A DNA stretch of 64,000 nucleotides from Candidatus Poribacteria bacterium. Lineage in GTDB: Bacteria; Poribacteria; WGA-4E; WGA-3G. The stretch's first letter is position 1. Every line of letters begins with the position of its first letter. Location of the stretch: assembly GCA_963665235.2 (NCBI GenBank), contig CAXXLX010000001.1, positions 3,230,031-3,294,030 of the forward strand. The letters are read 5' to 3'. A program made the translations under genes and the position numbers. This document shows positions 17,291-25,221 of the stretch, one piece after another. The notes under the pieces were generated by a model, which was given only the letters and a program-made list of their open reading frames with translations, searched no databases and was not told the origin of the DNA.

Positions 17291-19732
17291 TTAATCTTTG
17301 AACGTAATGACTGTTACTCCCTCCCCACCTTGGTCATGGGGAGCATATTGATATTTAGCTATATGCGGGTTGTCCTTTAGTGCGTCATGAACCGCACTCC
17401 GTAAGGTGCCCGTGCCTTTTCCATGAAGAATCCGGGCGGTTGGTAATCCAGCAAGGTAGGCATCATCTACATATTTATCGGTAATATCTAGGGCCTCACT
17501 TACCAGCATGCCTCGAATAGAGAGTTCATCTTTAACGGTGTTCGCTTTGCTGTACTGAATATCCAAAACAGAGGTTGAAAGTGCCTCGGTCTCTTTTTTC
17601 GGCAGAACGGTATCAATATCGTCATAGCTGACCTGTGTCTGCATGTTGCCAACCCGAATCTTCAACGGAGTTTTGCTCCGTTCGGCAATAGCGGTGACCT
17701 CGCCGAATCGGTTCAGTTGTATGATACGGACCTTATCGCCGATATCGACTTTCGGTTTAGGTTTTTTCGTGTGTTTTTTCGGAGCGGGAGGTTTGTGCTG
17801 TTTTTTAGCGGTATCAATTTTTGAGAAGGCATCACGAATGCTAGCTTTGGAGGCTTGTTCCCTGCGGATGTCTGCCACGATGCTATCTACCGTGCGTCGA
17901 GCATTCGAAACGATTTCAAGCGCGTCATTTTCTGCCTTTTGCCGGCGCGCATGCTCCTCCGCTTCAAAGGTTTGGATCAGGGCTCTATGTTTCTCATATT
18001 CTGCCTCAGCAGCACAAATCTTAATGTGAAGTTGCTGCCGCTCTCGCTCCAAGCCGTGTTGTGTCTTTTGTAACTGAATCAGCAAATCCTCTACAGCAAT
18101 ACTACTATTGCCAAGGTGGGTTTGTGCCTCCGTGAGAATGCGAGGCGGAATACCCAATTGTTCAGCGATTTTGATAGCATTACTACTCCCAGGAACGCCT
18201 ATCTGTAACCGATATGTCGGACGTAATGTACTCCAGTTAAACTCCATTGAAGCGTTTTCCATATTTTTCTGGGTGTGCGCGTAAGCCTTCAGCGCACCGT
18301 AATGCGTCGTGACAATCGTATTAACCTGTCGTTCCGCGAGCCACGCTAAAATTGCCATGCCGAGAGCTGTTCCCTCAGCAGGGTCAGTGCCAGCCCCAAG
18401 CTCATCCAGGAGCACTAATGAATATGTCTCCGTCGCGTCTTCAACTGCCTTCAGCATCTTAGCGATTTTCGTGATATGTGAAGAGAAGGTGCTGAGACTC
18501 TGCTCTATATTTTGGTCATCGCCGATATCAGCGAAAATCTGATGAAAAATAGGGAGCTGACTCCCAGATGCTGCCGGAATATGCAAACCAGATTGTGCCA
18601 TCAGACATAACAGGCCTACGGTTTTGAGGACAACAGTTTTACCCCCGGTATTTGGACCTGTAATAACAAGCGTCCTAAACGATTTGCCGATACGAACGTC
18701 AGTAGGAACAACCCGCTTTGGCAGCTGTTGAGGCGGTATTTCCTCAAGATTCTCGGTGTCCGCCTTCTTGGGTTGTCTATTGGCGCGCGTTTGGAATTCC
18801 AGCAGAGGGTGCCGCGCAGCAATAAGCTTGATAACGCCAGTCGTATTCAGGACCGGCTCAACGCTATTTAACGCTAAGCTAAAACGTGCCTTTGCATTCA
18901 GAAAATCGAGCTCCGCGAGCAGGTCAAGCGCGTCCACAAATTCGGGGAGACGTTCGCGGACCCGGTCTGTCAAATCTAGAAGAATCCGCCGTACTTCACG
19001 GTTCTCCGCTTCAGTAGTCTCATGCAGTGCGTTGTTCATTTCAACGACACTCAGCGGCTCCACAAAATAGGTCGCCCCACTTGTAGATTGCCCCTGAACG
19101 ACCCCGCCGAAAAATGATTTCGCGTCCTGTCTAATCGGTATCACATAACGGTTATTGCGGGAAGTGATAACCGGTTCTTGAATCGCTTTTTGGTGTTCCG
19201 GTGCTCGGAGAATAGTCTCTAGCTTCTGATGGATATTTTGACGGATACTGCCCAGCTGGCGGCGGATGACACGCAACTCCGGACTTGCCCGGTCAAGGAG
19301 TAAACCTTCAGAGCTAATGCAGTAGGAAATTGCTTCAACGAGTTCTTCAAAAAGAGGGACTGCCGTTACAATAGAGAGCAGTCTCGGGTAATCCTCCCGC
19401 TTCTGACCTGTGAACCGCTTTCTGATAGTGGAACAGAGCCGGCCTATCTTAACAATTTCCATAAATTCCTCAGGAGCTAAAATGGAACCGGTTTTTGCTG
19501 CATGGCGAAGGAGATGGGCGATATCCGTTAAGCCGCCTAACGGAATCTCACCGGAACGCTGCAAGAAAGTTTTCGCTTCAGAACACAATTTCAAAAGATT
19601 AAACACCGTGTCTTTTGTACTAGAGGGAGCGAGTTTGTCCACCCGTGCAGCTCCTAACTCAGAAGCGGTGTATCTTTTCAAAAGTGTTTTGAGTTTATCG
19701 TATTCTAAGGATTTTTCTACGCGAAACCCCAT
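17291..19732 (-). CDS. mutS2: Endonuclease MutS2 (MutS domain V plus C-terminal Smr)
   Basis: Walker A VITGPNTGGKTV and Smr motif LHGKGTGTLR. The start is taken at MGFRVEKSLEYDKL, because the longer listed ORF (to 19819) overlaps the upstream gene. Confidence 0.9.
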   Translation of the reverse strand: MGFRVEKSLEYDKLKTLLKRYTASELGAARVDKLAPSSTKDTVFNLLKLCSEAKTFLQRSGEIPLGGLTDIAHLLRHAAKTGSILAPEEFMEIVKIGRLCSTIRKRFTGQKREDYPRLLSIVTAVPLFEELVEAISYCISSEGLLLDRASPELRVIRRQLGSIRQNIHQKLETILRAPEHQKAIQEPVITSRNNRYVIPIRQDAKSFFGGVVQGQSTSGATYFVEPLSVVEMNNALHETTEAENREVRRILLDLTDRVRERLPEFVDALDLLAELDFLNAKARFSLALNSVEPVLNTTGVIKLIAARHPLLEFQTRANRQPKKADTENLEEIPPQQLPKRVVPTDVRIGKSFRTLVITGPNTGGKTVVLKTVGLLCLMAQSGLHIPAASGSQLPIFHQIFADIGDDQNIEQSLSTFSSHITKIAKMLKAVEDATETYSLVLLDELGAGTDPAEGTALGMAILAWLAERQVNTIVTTHYGALKAYAHTQKNMENASMEFNWSTLRPTYRLQIGVPGSSNAIKIAEQLGIPPRILTEAQTHLGNSSIAVEDLLIQLQKTQHGLERERQQLHIKICAAEAEYEKHRALIQTFEAEEHARRQKAENDALEIVSNARRTVDSIVADIRREQASKASIRDAFSKIDTAKKQHKPPAPKKHTKKPKPKVDIGDKVRIIQLNRFGEVTAIAERSKTPLKIRVGNMQTQVSYDDIDTVLPKKETEALSTSVLDIQYSKANTVKDELSIRGMLVSEALDITDKYVDDAYLAGLPTARILHGKGTGTLRSAVHDALKDNPHIAKYQYAPHDQGGEGVTVITFKD

Positions 19733-19737
19733 GGATT

Positions 19738-20763
19738 TTACCTCTTGAGATTCCCCCAGGTGGTTGTTAATTTTTGTTGCGGTTCGACAGGAAAAACCTC
19801 TTTTACCCCGCTCCACCATGAAATTATGAAAATACTACCGTCCGCTTCCAACAATTTTGCGGAAACTTCGGTATCTAGGTCGAAGAGGTAAAGCGTGTGC
19901 CACCAAGAATAGATAATGGATTGACTATCAGCGGCCCAGGCTGCCCAATATCCGGTCGCGTTATCTATGTCAAACAGTGCTTTGAGGGTTCGTGTTTCAA
20001 CATCAATTGTATAAAACGTCTCAAATTCTCTATCCCATCTCATGAACAGAATCTGCTTGCCGTCAGGGGACCATACTGGATAGTAATCTTTATTTAACTC
20101 GGTTAATATTTCTACGTCTTTCGTTTCTACATCTAGAATGTAGAGTTGTTCTAAACCGCCGGGTCTTTCAAGCGAAAAGACGATTTTTTTGCTGTCGGGG
20201 GACCAAGAGAGTCCCCAGAAGAAAAAGGTGCGTCCAAAATGCTGGACACCTGTCATCACCTCCATCTCCCCTGTAGCGATGTCGAGCGTCCAAACTTGGT
20301 TTTCTTGCTGGACGTGTCCTTGATACCCGTTGAAAGCAAGTTTTTTTCCATCCGGCGAGACGGATAAAAATCTATAAGTTCCACCCACCTGCGTGATTTG
20401 TGTCTTTTTTTTCGGTGTATCCAATTGAATTGAGTAGATATGGGATTGGCCGGCCTCTCTTTGAATAAAATAGAGGGTTTCACCATCTGGGCTCCACGAT
20501 GGATACATTCCCTTTTGGTGCAACGGAATCCCCCGAAAATCTTTATTGTCCCCGAACGCCGTCGTATAGAGGTTCCAATCATATCTACCTAACCTCTCGT
20601 CAAGTTTATAGACAGAATACACAAGGGTCCCTGTTGGTGCTGCTGCTGCGATATGCGCTAAGCAGAACAGGACGAGGCTAACCCCAATACCTAGAGATTT
20701 TAAGAGGGATGTGTTGCGAAAATGCCGAGTATCCGTTCTATTTTTCATCTGTTTTCCTTTCAC
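19738..20763 (-). CDS. Secreted TolB-like PD40 beta-propeller protein ending in the KLTTTWGNLKR tag
   Basis: It has a signal peptide and PD40 repeats SWSPDGETLYF, SVSPDGKKLAF, SWSPDSKKIVF and VWSPDGKQILF. The C-terminus is VEPQQKLTTTWGNLKR. The start may be the internal MKNRTD at 20748. Confidence 0.8.
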   Translation of the reverse strand: MKGKQMKNRTDTRHFRNTSLLKSLGIGVSLVLFCLAHIAAAAPTGTLVYSVYKLDERLGRYDWNLYTTAFGDNKDFRGIPLHQKGMYPSWSPDGETLYFIQREAGQSHIYSIQLDTPKKKTQITQVGGTYRFLSVSPDGKKLAFNGYQGHVQQENQVWTLDIATGEMEVMTGVQHFGRTFFFWGLSWSPDSKKIVFSLERPGGLEQLYILDVETKDVEILTELNKDYYPVWSPDGKQILFMRWDREFETFYTIDVETRTLKALFDIDNATGYWAAWAADSQSIIYSWWHTLYLFDLDTEVSAKLLEADGSIFIISWWSGVKEVFPVEPQQKLTTTWGNLKR

Positions 20764-21901
20764 CTATTGTGAGCCGGTCGTAGTGAAGCAGCGCGTTCTC
20801 ATAGAGATTACGATTTAATCCCAACGTTTCAAATTCCACGACTTGGTTGTAATTGCTTAACGCCAGACTTTGCTGCCCCTCCGCTTCGGCTTTGCGAGCG
20901 TTTTGCACGTTTTTGATGAATGAGGTCGCTACTTTTTCAAAATTGCGAATCTTTTTTCGGACCGCTGAATCAGGTGCCAACCCGCCTTTAATGTCTTTTT
21001 CCACCTTATAGGCAAGAATAGCATCGCTATAAGCAATGAAAGCTGGATAGGAACGATTTTCCTGCTCCATCTGCTTTGCTAACGTGAGCACTACAGGTTC
21101 CGCAATCGTAGCAACAACCGCTTTTGCCTGTTCAAGCATCTCAAGACTTTTCCGCTCAATTTCCGCTTCTACTGTTTTCTGGAATTCATCTATGATTTCT
21201 TTATAGGCGGTTTTAGCGTTCGCTATGTCATTCAATTTTTCATAACAGCGCGCTTGCCCCAATTTAGCATTGTCAATTACAAACCGGCGAATCTCTGGTG
21301 GAAGTTGCGGCGTGACCGGAAATTCCCGTGCCTGATAGGCAGCAATCGCCTTGGCATAATCGCCCGCCTGTTCATAACAATTGCCAATTGCCTTCTGGGC
21401 GTATAACGCGTAAATCTCATTTTCCGGTTGATGCTGCTCAATGACCTGCTTGAATTGTTCACGTGCCGCATCATAATTCCCCTTCCAATAGAGGGTTTTA
21501 GCGTAGTTATATCGTGCCTTATCCGCGACAGCCGTATTCGGATATTTCTCAAAAACAGATTGCAATTTTTCGCCAGCGTCCTGAAAATTAGTTTGCGACT
21601 CCTCCGCATCTTCTTCCTCGGATGGAGTCTCACTTTCGGGGGGCGCAGTAGTATCTAAAAAATTAGTTTCGGCTTCTTGATAGGTTTGCGCTGCCTCGTT
21701 AAATTTCGCAGCGGCTTCTGCGCGCTTGCTTTCAGAATTTTGATGGTAGGCCACATACCCAACTATGCCGACGATAATAACAGCTACGCTTATGCTAATG
21801 GCTATCACATTCTCCTTCAGGAAGGCGTAAGATTGCAAAACCAATTCAATAAACTTATCTTGTTGAATTTCTTCTTTCGTCAATCGTTTGTTTTGTGACA
21901 T
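20738..21901 (-). CDS. Membrane-anchored TPR-repeat protein (YfgM/CpoB-like architecture)
   Basis: 387 aa with one N-terminal TM helix (AISISVAVIIVGIVGYVAY) followed by TPR-like helical repeats. Confidence 0.6.
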   Translation of the reverse strand: MSQNKRLTKEEIQQDKFIELVLQSYAFLKENVIAISISVAVIIVGIVGYVAYHQNSESKRAEAAAKFNEAAQTYQEAETNFLDTTAPPESETPSEEEDAEESQTNFQDAGEKLQSVFEKYPNTAVADKARYNYAKTLYWKGNYDAAREQFKQVIEQHQPENEIYALYAQKAIGNCYEQAGDYAKAIAAYQAREFPVTPQLPPEIRRFVIDNAKLGQARCYEKLNDIANAKTAYKEIIDEFQKTVEAEIERKSLEMLEQAKAVVATIAEPVVLTLAKQMEQENRSYPAFIAYSDAILAYKVEKDIKGGLAPDSAVRKKIRNFEKVATSFIKNVQNARKAEAEGQQSLALSNYNQVVEFETLGLNRNLYENALLHYDRLTIGERKTDEK

Positions 21902-21929
21902 GATGTTCCTCGATAGCTTTTCGTATTCA

Positions 21930-22001
21930 AGCGGGTGACGGGATTTGAACCCGCGACCCTCAGCTTGGGAAGCTGATGCTCTACCTCTGAGCTACACCCG
22001 C
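21930..22001 (-). tRNA. tRNA-Gly (anticodon CCC)
   Basis: The minus strand reads GCGGGTGTAGCTCAGAGGTAGAGCATCAGCTTCCCAAGCTGAGGGTCGCGGGTTCAAATCCCGTCACCCGCT. The anticodon loop is TTCCCAA. Confidence 0.85.
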
Positions 22002-22010
22002 GTATTTAAA

Positions 22011-22040
22011 ATTATACCCTATTTTTAACGCCGTTGTCAA
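22011..22040 (-). promoter_or_regulatory. Promoter of tRNA-Gly
   Basis: The minus strand reads TTGACA, an 18-nt spacer, then TATAAT, ending about 10 nt before the mature tRNA 5' end. Confidence 0.6.
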
Positions 22041-22281
22041 GATGGGTGTGTAAATATTTTGTCCTTATGTGTCAATTTACCATGTATCTCTCTGCCGTTT
22101 GTAGGTGACGATGGGCTATTTGGGTTCGGAGCTTAGGTGGGACCTATAATGCGGCATACACCCGAAAAACGGACACGTCAAAAAGTAGTAGCAGGTCGTT
22201 AAAACAACGAAAAGCGGGCATTAACGAAAAGCGGGCATTACGGTTACCCGCCTTCGCAATTGTTGCATGCAAGAACGGTGC

Positions 22282-22746
22282 TTACAGTTTATCTAATTCG
22301 CTCAGCACCTGTTCCGCTGTCAACGTGTTGTCAGGGGGCGCATCTTCCACGTGTTTAAAGGCGATTTTGCCAGCTGCATCTATAATAAAAACACCGCGCG
22401 TGGTAATGCCAACCTCTTCAAGTGCCATGCCATACTGCTTTGAGACTTCAAGATTCATATCCGAAAGCAGCGGAAAACCGATACCGCCAAGTGACTCACT
22501 CCACGCCTTATGTGCAAACGTCGAATCTCGGTTGATGGCGATAACCTCGGCACCCTTCGCTTGAATAGCGTCTAAATTCTCATTAAAATCTGGAACTTGT
22601 TCAGAACACACGGGCGAAAAATCGAGCGGATAAAAAAGAATTACCAACTTTTTGCCCGCAAAATCTGCTAGGGTGACATCCGTATCTTCCTGATTTGTAG
22701 AGCCCGATAAACTGAAATCCGGGGCTGAATTGCCTATTTCTGCCAT
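22282..22746 (-). CDS. Peroxiredoxin (AhpC/TSA family)
   Basis: 154 aa with VILFYPLDFSPVCSEQ holding the peroxidatic Cys. An AGGAGG RBS lies 8 nt upstream. Confidence 0.85.
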   Translation of the reverse strand: MAEIGNSAPDFSLSGSTNQEDTDVTLADFAGKKLVILFYPLDFSPVCSEQVPDFNENLDAIQAKGAEVIAINRDSTFAHKAWSESLGGIGFPLLSDMNLEVSKQYGMALEEVGITTRGVFIIDAAGKIAFKHVEDAPPDNTLTAEQVLSELDKL

Positions 22747-22771
22747 TGAAAAAACCTCCTACTAATTGAAT

Positions 22772-23082
22772 CTATAGTTTGGACAATATCCGTGACCGTG
22801 AGCCCCGCTTTCAAAGCCTCTCTGATTTTTCTCTAAGTGCCTCACACAAGGACAAAGAAGAGAAAAATAGTTTCCGCCGATGGGTTTTCCAAAGCGCGGT
22901 TTACCCAGCGGGGCGGAATGTTTATAGAATGTTGGAAACCATTAGCAGTTAGCAAGAGGATTGTGATGCTAAGCCTATCTCTACTGCGCGTCAAAACCCG
23001 CTTCCACCCTTCCATTCTTCCACCCTTCCACCTATCCCTTTGACAAGAACGTTGTGCCTCCCTAAAATTGTCCAAACTTTAG
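22772..23082. mobile_element. MITE-B (311 bp) with a perfect 9-bp TSD TAATTGAAT, inserted between the prx promoter and its RBS
   Basis: The terminal inverted repeats are CTATAGTTTGGACAAT (22772-22787) and ATTGTCCAAACTTTAG (23067-23082), matching at 15 of 16 positions. TAATTGAAT occurs at 22763-22771 and 23083-23091. The interior holds one hairpin unit (22901-22929) and a GGAAGGGTGG-type module related to 33242-33262. Confidence 0.75.
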
Positions 23083-23122
23083 TAATTGAATTGGAAACCT
23101 GTTAAAATTTTCAGTCATGCAA

Positions 23123-23151
23123 ATTATACCATAAACACGAACAAAATGCAA
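23123..23151 (-). promoter_or_regulatory. Likely prx promoter, now ~370 nt from the start codon because of MITE-B
   Basis: The minus strand reads TTGCAT, a 17-nt spacer, then TATAAT with an extended-10 TG (TGGTATAAT). Confidence 0.4.
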
Positions 23152-23319
23152 AATATTTTTTCTGCTAAAATTCAGAATTTTTTCTAAAAAAGGGGTGTGT
23201 AAAGTTTTTGTACGTCTGCGATATTTTTTATGAAGAAAAATAGAACAGTTCGCAACTAATACCATTTTTATTAATTATTCTATCATTACCGGTTGTTAGA
23301 AATGAAACGGAGAACGGAA

Positions 23320-23486
23320 GACCCAAACTGGAAGTTTATGCTACAATAACACACAGCACAAACTGGAAGTTTATGCTACAATAACACACAGCACAAACTG
23401 GAAGTTTATGCTACAATAACACACAGCACAAACTGGAAGTTTATGCTACAATAACACACAGCACAAACTGGAAGTTTATGCTACAA
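23320..23486 (+). repeat. Tandem repeat, 35-bp unit, about 4.7 copies
   Basis: CAAACTGGAAGTTTATGCTACAATAACACACAGCA starts at 23324, 23359, 23394, 23429 and 23464 (the last copy is partial). The core GGAAGTTTATGCTACAAT is also present inside the short MITE-A copies. Confidence 0.9.
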
Positions 23487-23659
23487 GAAAGAGGCATTTT
23501 CAATTAGAAATGGTATAATATAACAGCACCCCAAAACATTTTTGGGAGGCAAGCGGTGCGTTTTGCAACTCACCGGATTGGACACCGATACCGTGTGTCA
23601 AAAAGTGTAACATTTACACACAAACCGCATCAAAAAGTAGGCGGCAGAACGCTAAAAAA

Positions 23660-23934
23660 ACGTGAGTTTGGAAAAAGTTTTCCCCTAGTAGTCGGTAGTA
23701 GTCGGTCAAACAGCCCGCTCCTTGTGGACGATATGTTTATGGGGGCGTGTGTTTCTGCCCTTCTCTTAGTCCCAGTATTCGGGCAAGCAGCCCGCTCTTT
23801 AAGGACGATATATTTATAGAAATAGGTGTCCTCCCCCCCGCCTTAGTCCCAGTATTCGGGCAAGCAGCCCGCTCTTTAAGGACGATATGTTTATAGGGGT
23901 TAGTGCAAACGGACATTTATTATCAAACTCACGT
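23660..23934. mobile_element. MITE-A copy 3 (275 bp, long form), TSD TAAAAAA(A)
   Basis: The ends are ACGTGAGTTTGGAAAAAGTTTTC... and ...GGACATTTATTATCAAACTCACGT, flanked by TAAAAAA on both sides. It is collinear with copy 2 and includes three hairpin units. Confidence 0.75.
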
Positions 23935-24264
23935 TAAAAAAAGTAGGCAGGACACACAACCGAAAACCGCAGACGAAATGGCACATTTTGTTTTTTTGTG
24001 TTGCGAAAAATATAGGACAAAACCGCTTACAAAGCTATGCGTGACGTGCGTTCACGCACATGCAACACCGAAAACCGAATGTTACACTTTGTGTCAAAAG
24101 TGTAACTTATGCACCGGTTTTGTACAAAAACTTTACACACTCAATAGAACTTTGACTTTTGGTCTAAAATGTGGTATACTATTTAGACTGACTCAGCGGT
24201 TAATGTTACAAACGTTAGCCGCCCCTTTTGTAGAGGGAGTCAGAAACCTTTCATGAGTTAGGAT

Positions 24265-25094
24265 ATGGAAACCTACAAAACACACAAAATCGCATTAGCC
24301 CCTAACAATGAGCAACGTAGTTGGTTTTTTCAACAAAGCGGCTACTTCCGTTTTGCCTATAATTCTGCTTTAGCAGACTTCAAGGCAGGCGACGTGCAGT
24401 GATGGGACGCGATATGAGAACCCGAGGCCTTTGAAACGGTATGAGCGAAAGTTAGCCCGTGCCCAACGGAAGTTGAGTCGCCAAGTTCCGCAGTCTAAAA
24501 ACTGGTTCAAGCAGAAGCGCATCATTGAACGTATCCACTATAAAGTCACCTCTATCCGCTGCGATGTGCACCATAAAGCAAGCACGGATATTGTTAATCG
24601 TGCAAGTGCTATCGGGATTGAGACGCTAAATGTGAGCAACCTGCTAAAGAACAAGAAACTGTCCAAAGCATTATCGGATAGTGCGTTAGGGGGGTTTCTA
24701 TTGTTGCTAAAGACGAAAGCCGAGGCTTGTGGTATCCCTGTAATCGAAGCCTCCCAGTTCTTTGCAAGCAGCAAGACGTGCGGCAGCTGCGGCCACAAGA
24801 AGACGGACTTGACACTCTCAGAACAGGATTCGGGCAAGCAGCCCGCTCTTCCATTGCTGTGAATGTGGGACCTCAATAGATAGAGACCTCAATGCTGCAA
24901 TAAATTTAAGAAATCTCGCGGCAGGGCATGCCGAGAGCCTAAACGCCTGTGGAGTCCAAATAAGACCCTCTAACTCTCATGCAACTTTTCCGAGAGGGGG
25001 GCACGAGAGACAGGCTTCAGGAAACCAACAGCCTGCTCTTAAGCAGGAAAAGCCGTTTGGAAATAACTCAGTTTGTTTCCAGTATAAGAGCTAA
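24265..25094 (+). pseudogene. tnpB: Decayed tnpB with an internal deletion and a frameshifting 25-nt insertion
   Basis: The N-terminal 45 codons (METYKTHKIALAPNNEQRSWFFQ...) run into a stop. ORF 24431-24862 then encodes only the C-terminal half: IETLNVSNL with the RuvC E, and CGSCGHKK. After LTLSEQ comes a 25-nt insert (24827-24851), then in another frame [19 protein letters not shown]. The right-end hairpin and GAGTATGTCAA lie at 25096-25130. Confidence 0.8.
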
Positions 25095-25221
25095 GAATCA
25101 CCCTTGCTTTAGCTGGGTGAGTATGTCAAACTAACGTGAGTTCGGAAACCTAAGCAATTTTGGAAACTGATGGATAGAGGACACACAGGCTATAGCAATT
25201 AAAAACGGAGAGGACACACAG

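Larger units (their letters stand above)
23195..24140. mobile_element. ~946-bp non-coding composite element bounded by perfect 19-bp inverted repeats
   Basis: GTGTGTAAAGTTTTTGTAC lies at 23195-23213 and its exact reverse complement at 24122-24140. No credible ORF lies inside. It contains the 35-bp tandem array and MITE-A copy 3. No TSD was recognised. Confidence 0.55.

Noticed and set aside
19733-19819. Longer MutS2 start (MVERGKRGFSC...)
   Set aside because: It would overlap the 3' end of the upstream PD40 gene by 82 nt. The conserved MutS2 N-terminus begins at MGFRVEKSLEYDKL.
22205-22245. Direct repeat AACGAAAAGCGGGCATTA x2 downstream of prx, considered as a regulatory element
   Set aside because: On the minus strand it forms a modest GC hairpin followed by TTTTCGTT. 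It is most simply a duplicated intrinsic terminator. There is no evidence for anything more.
23556-24256. ORFs 23556-23819 and 23903-24256 (87 and 117 aa)
   Set aside because: Both lie entirely within repeat/MITE sequence that recurs elsewhere in inverted orientation. They have low-complexity, non-coding-like composition.
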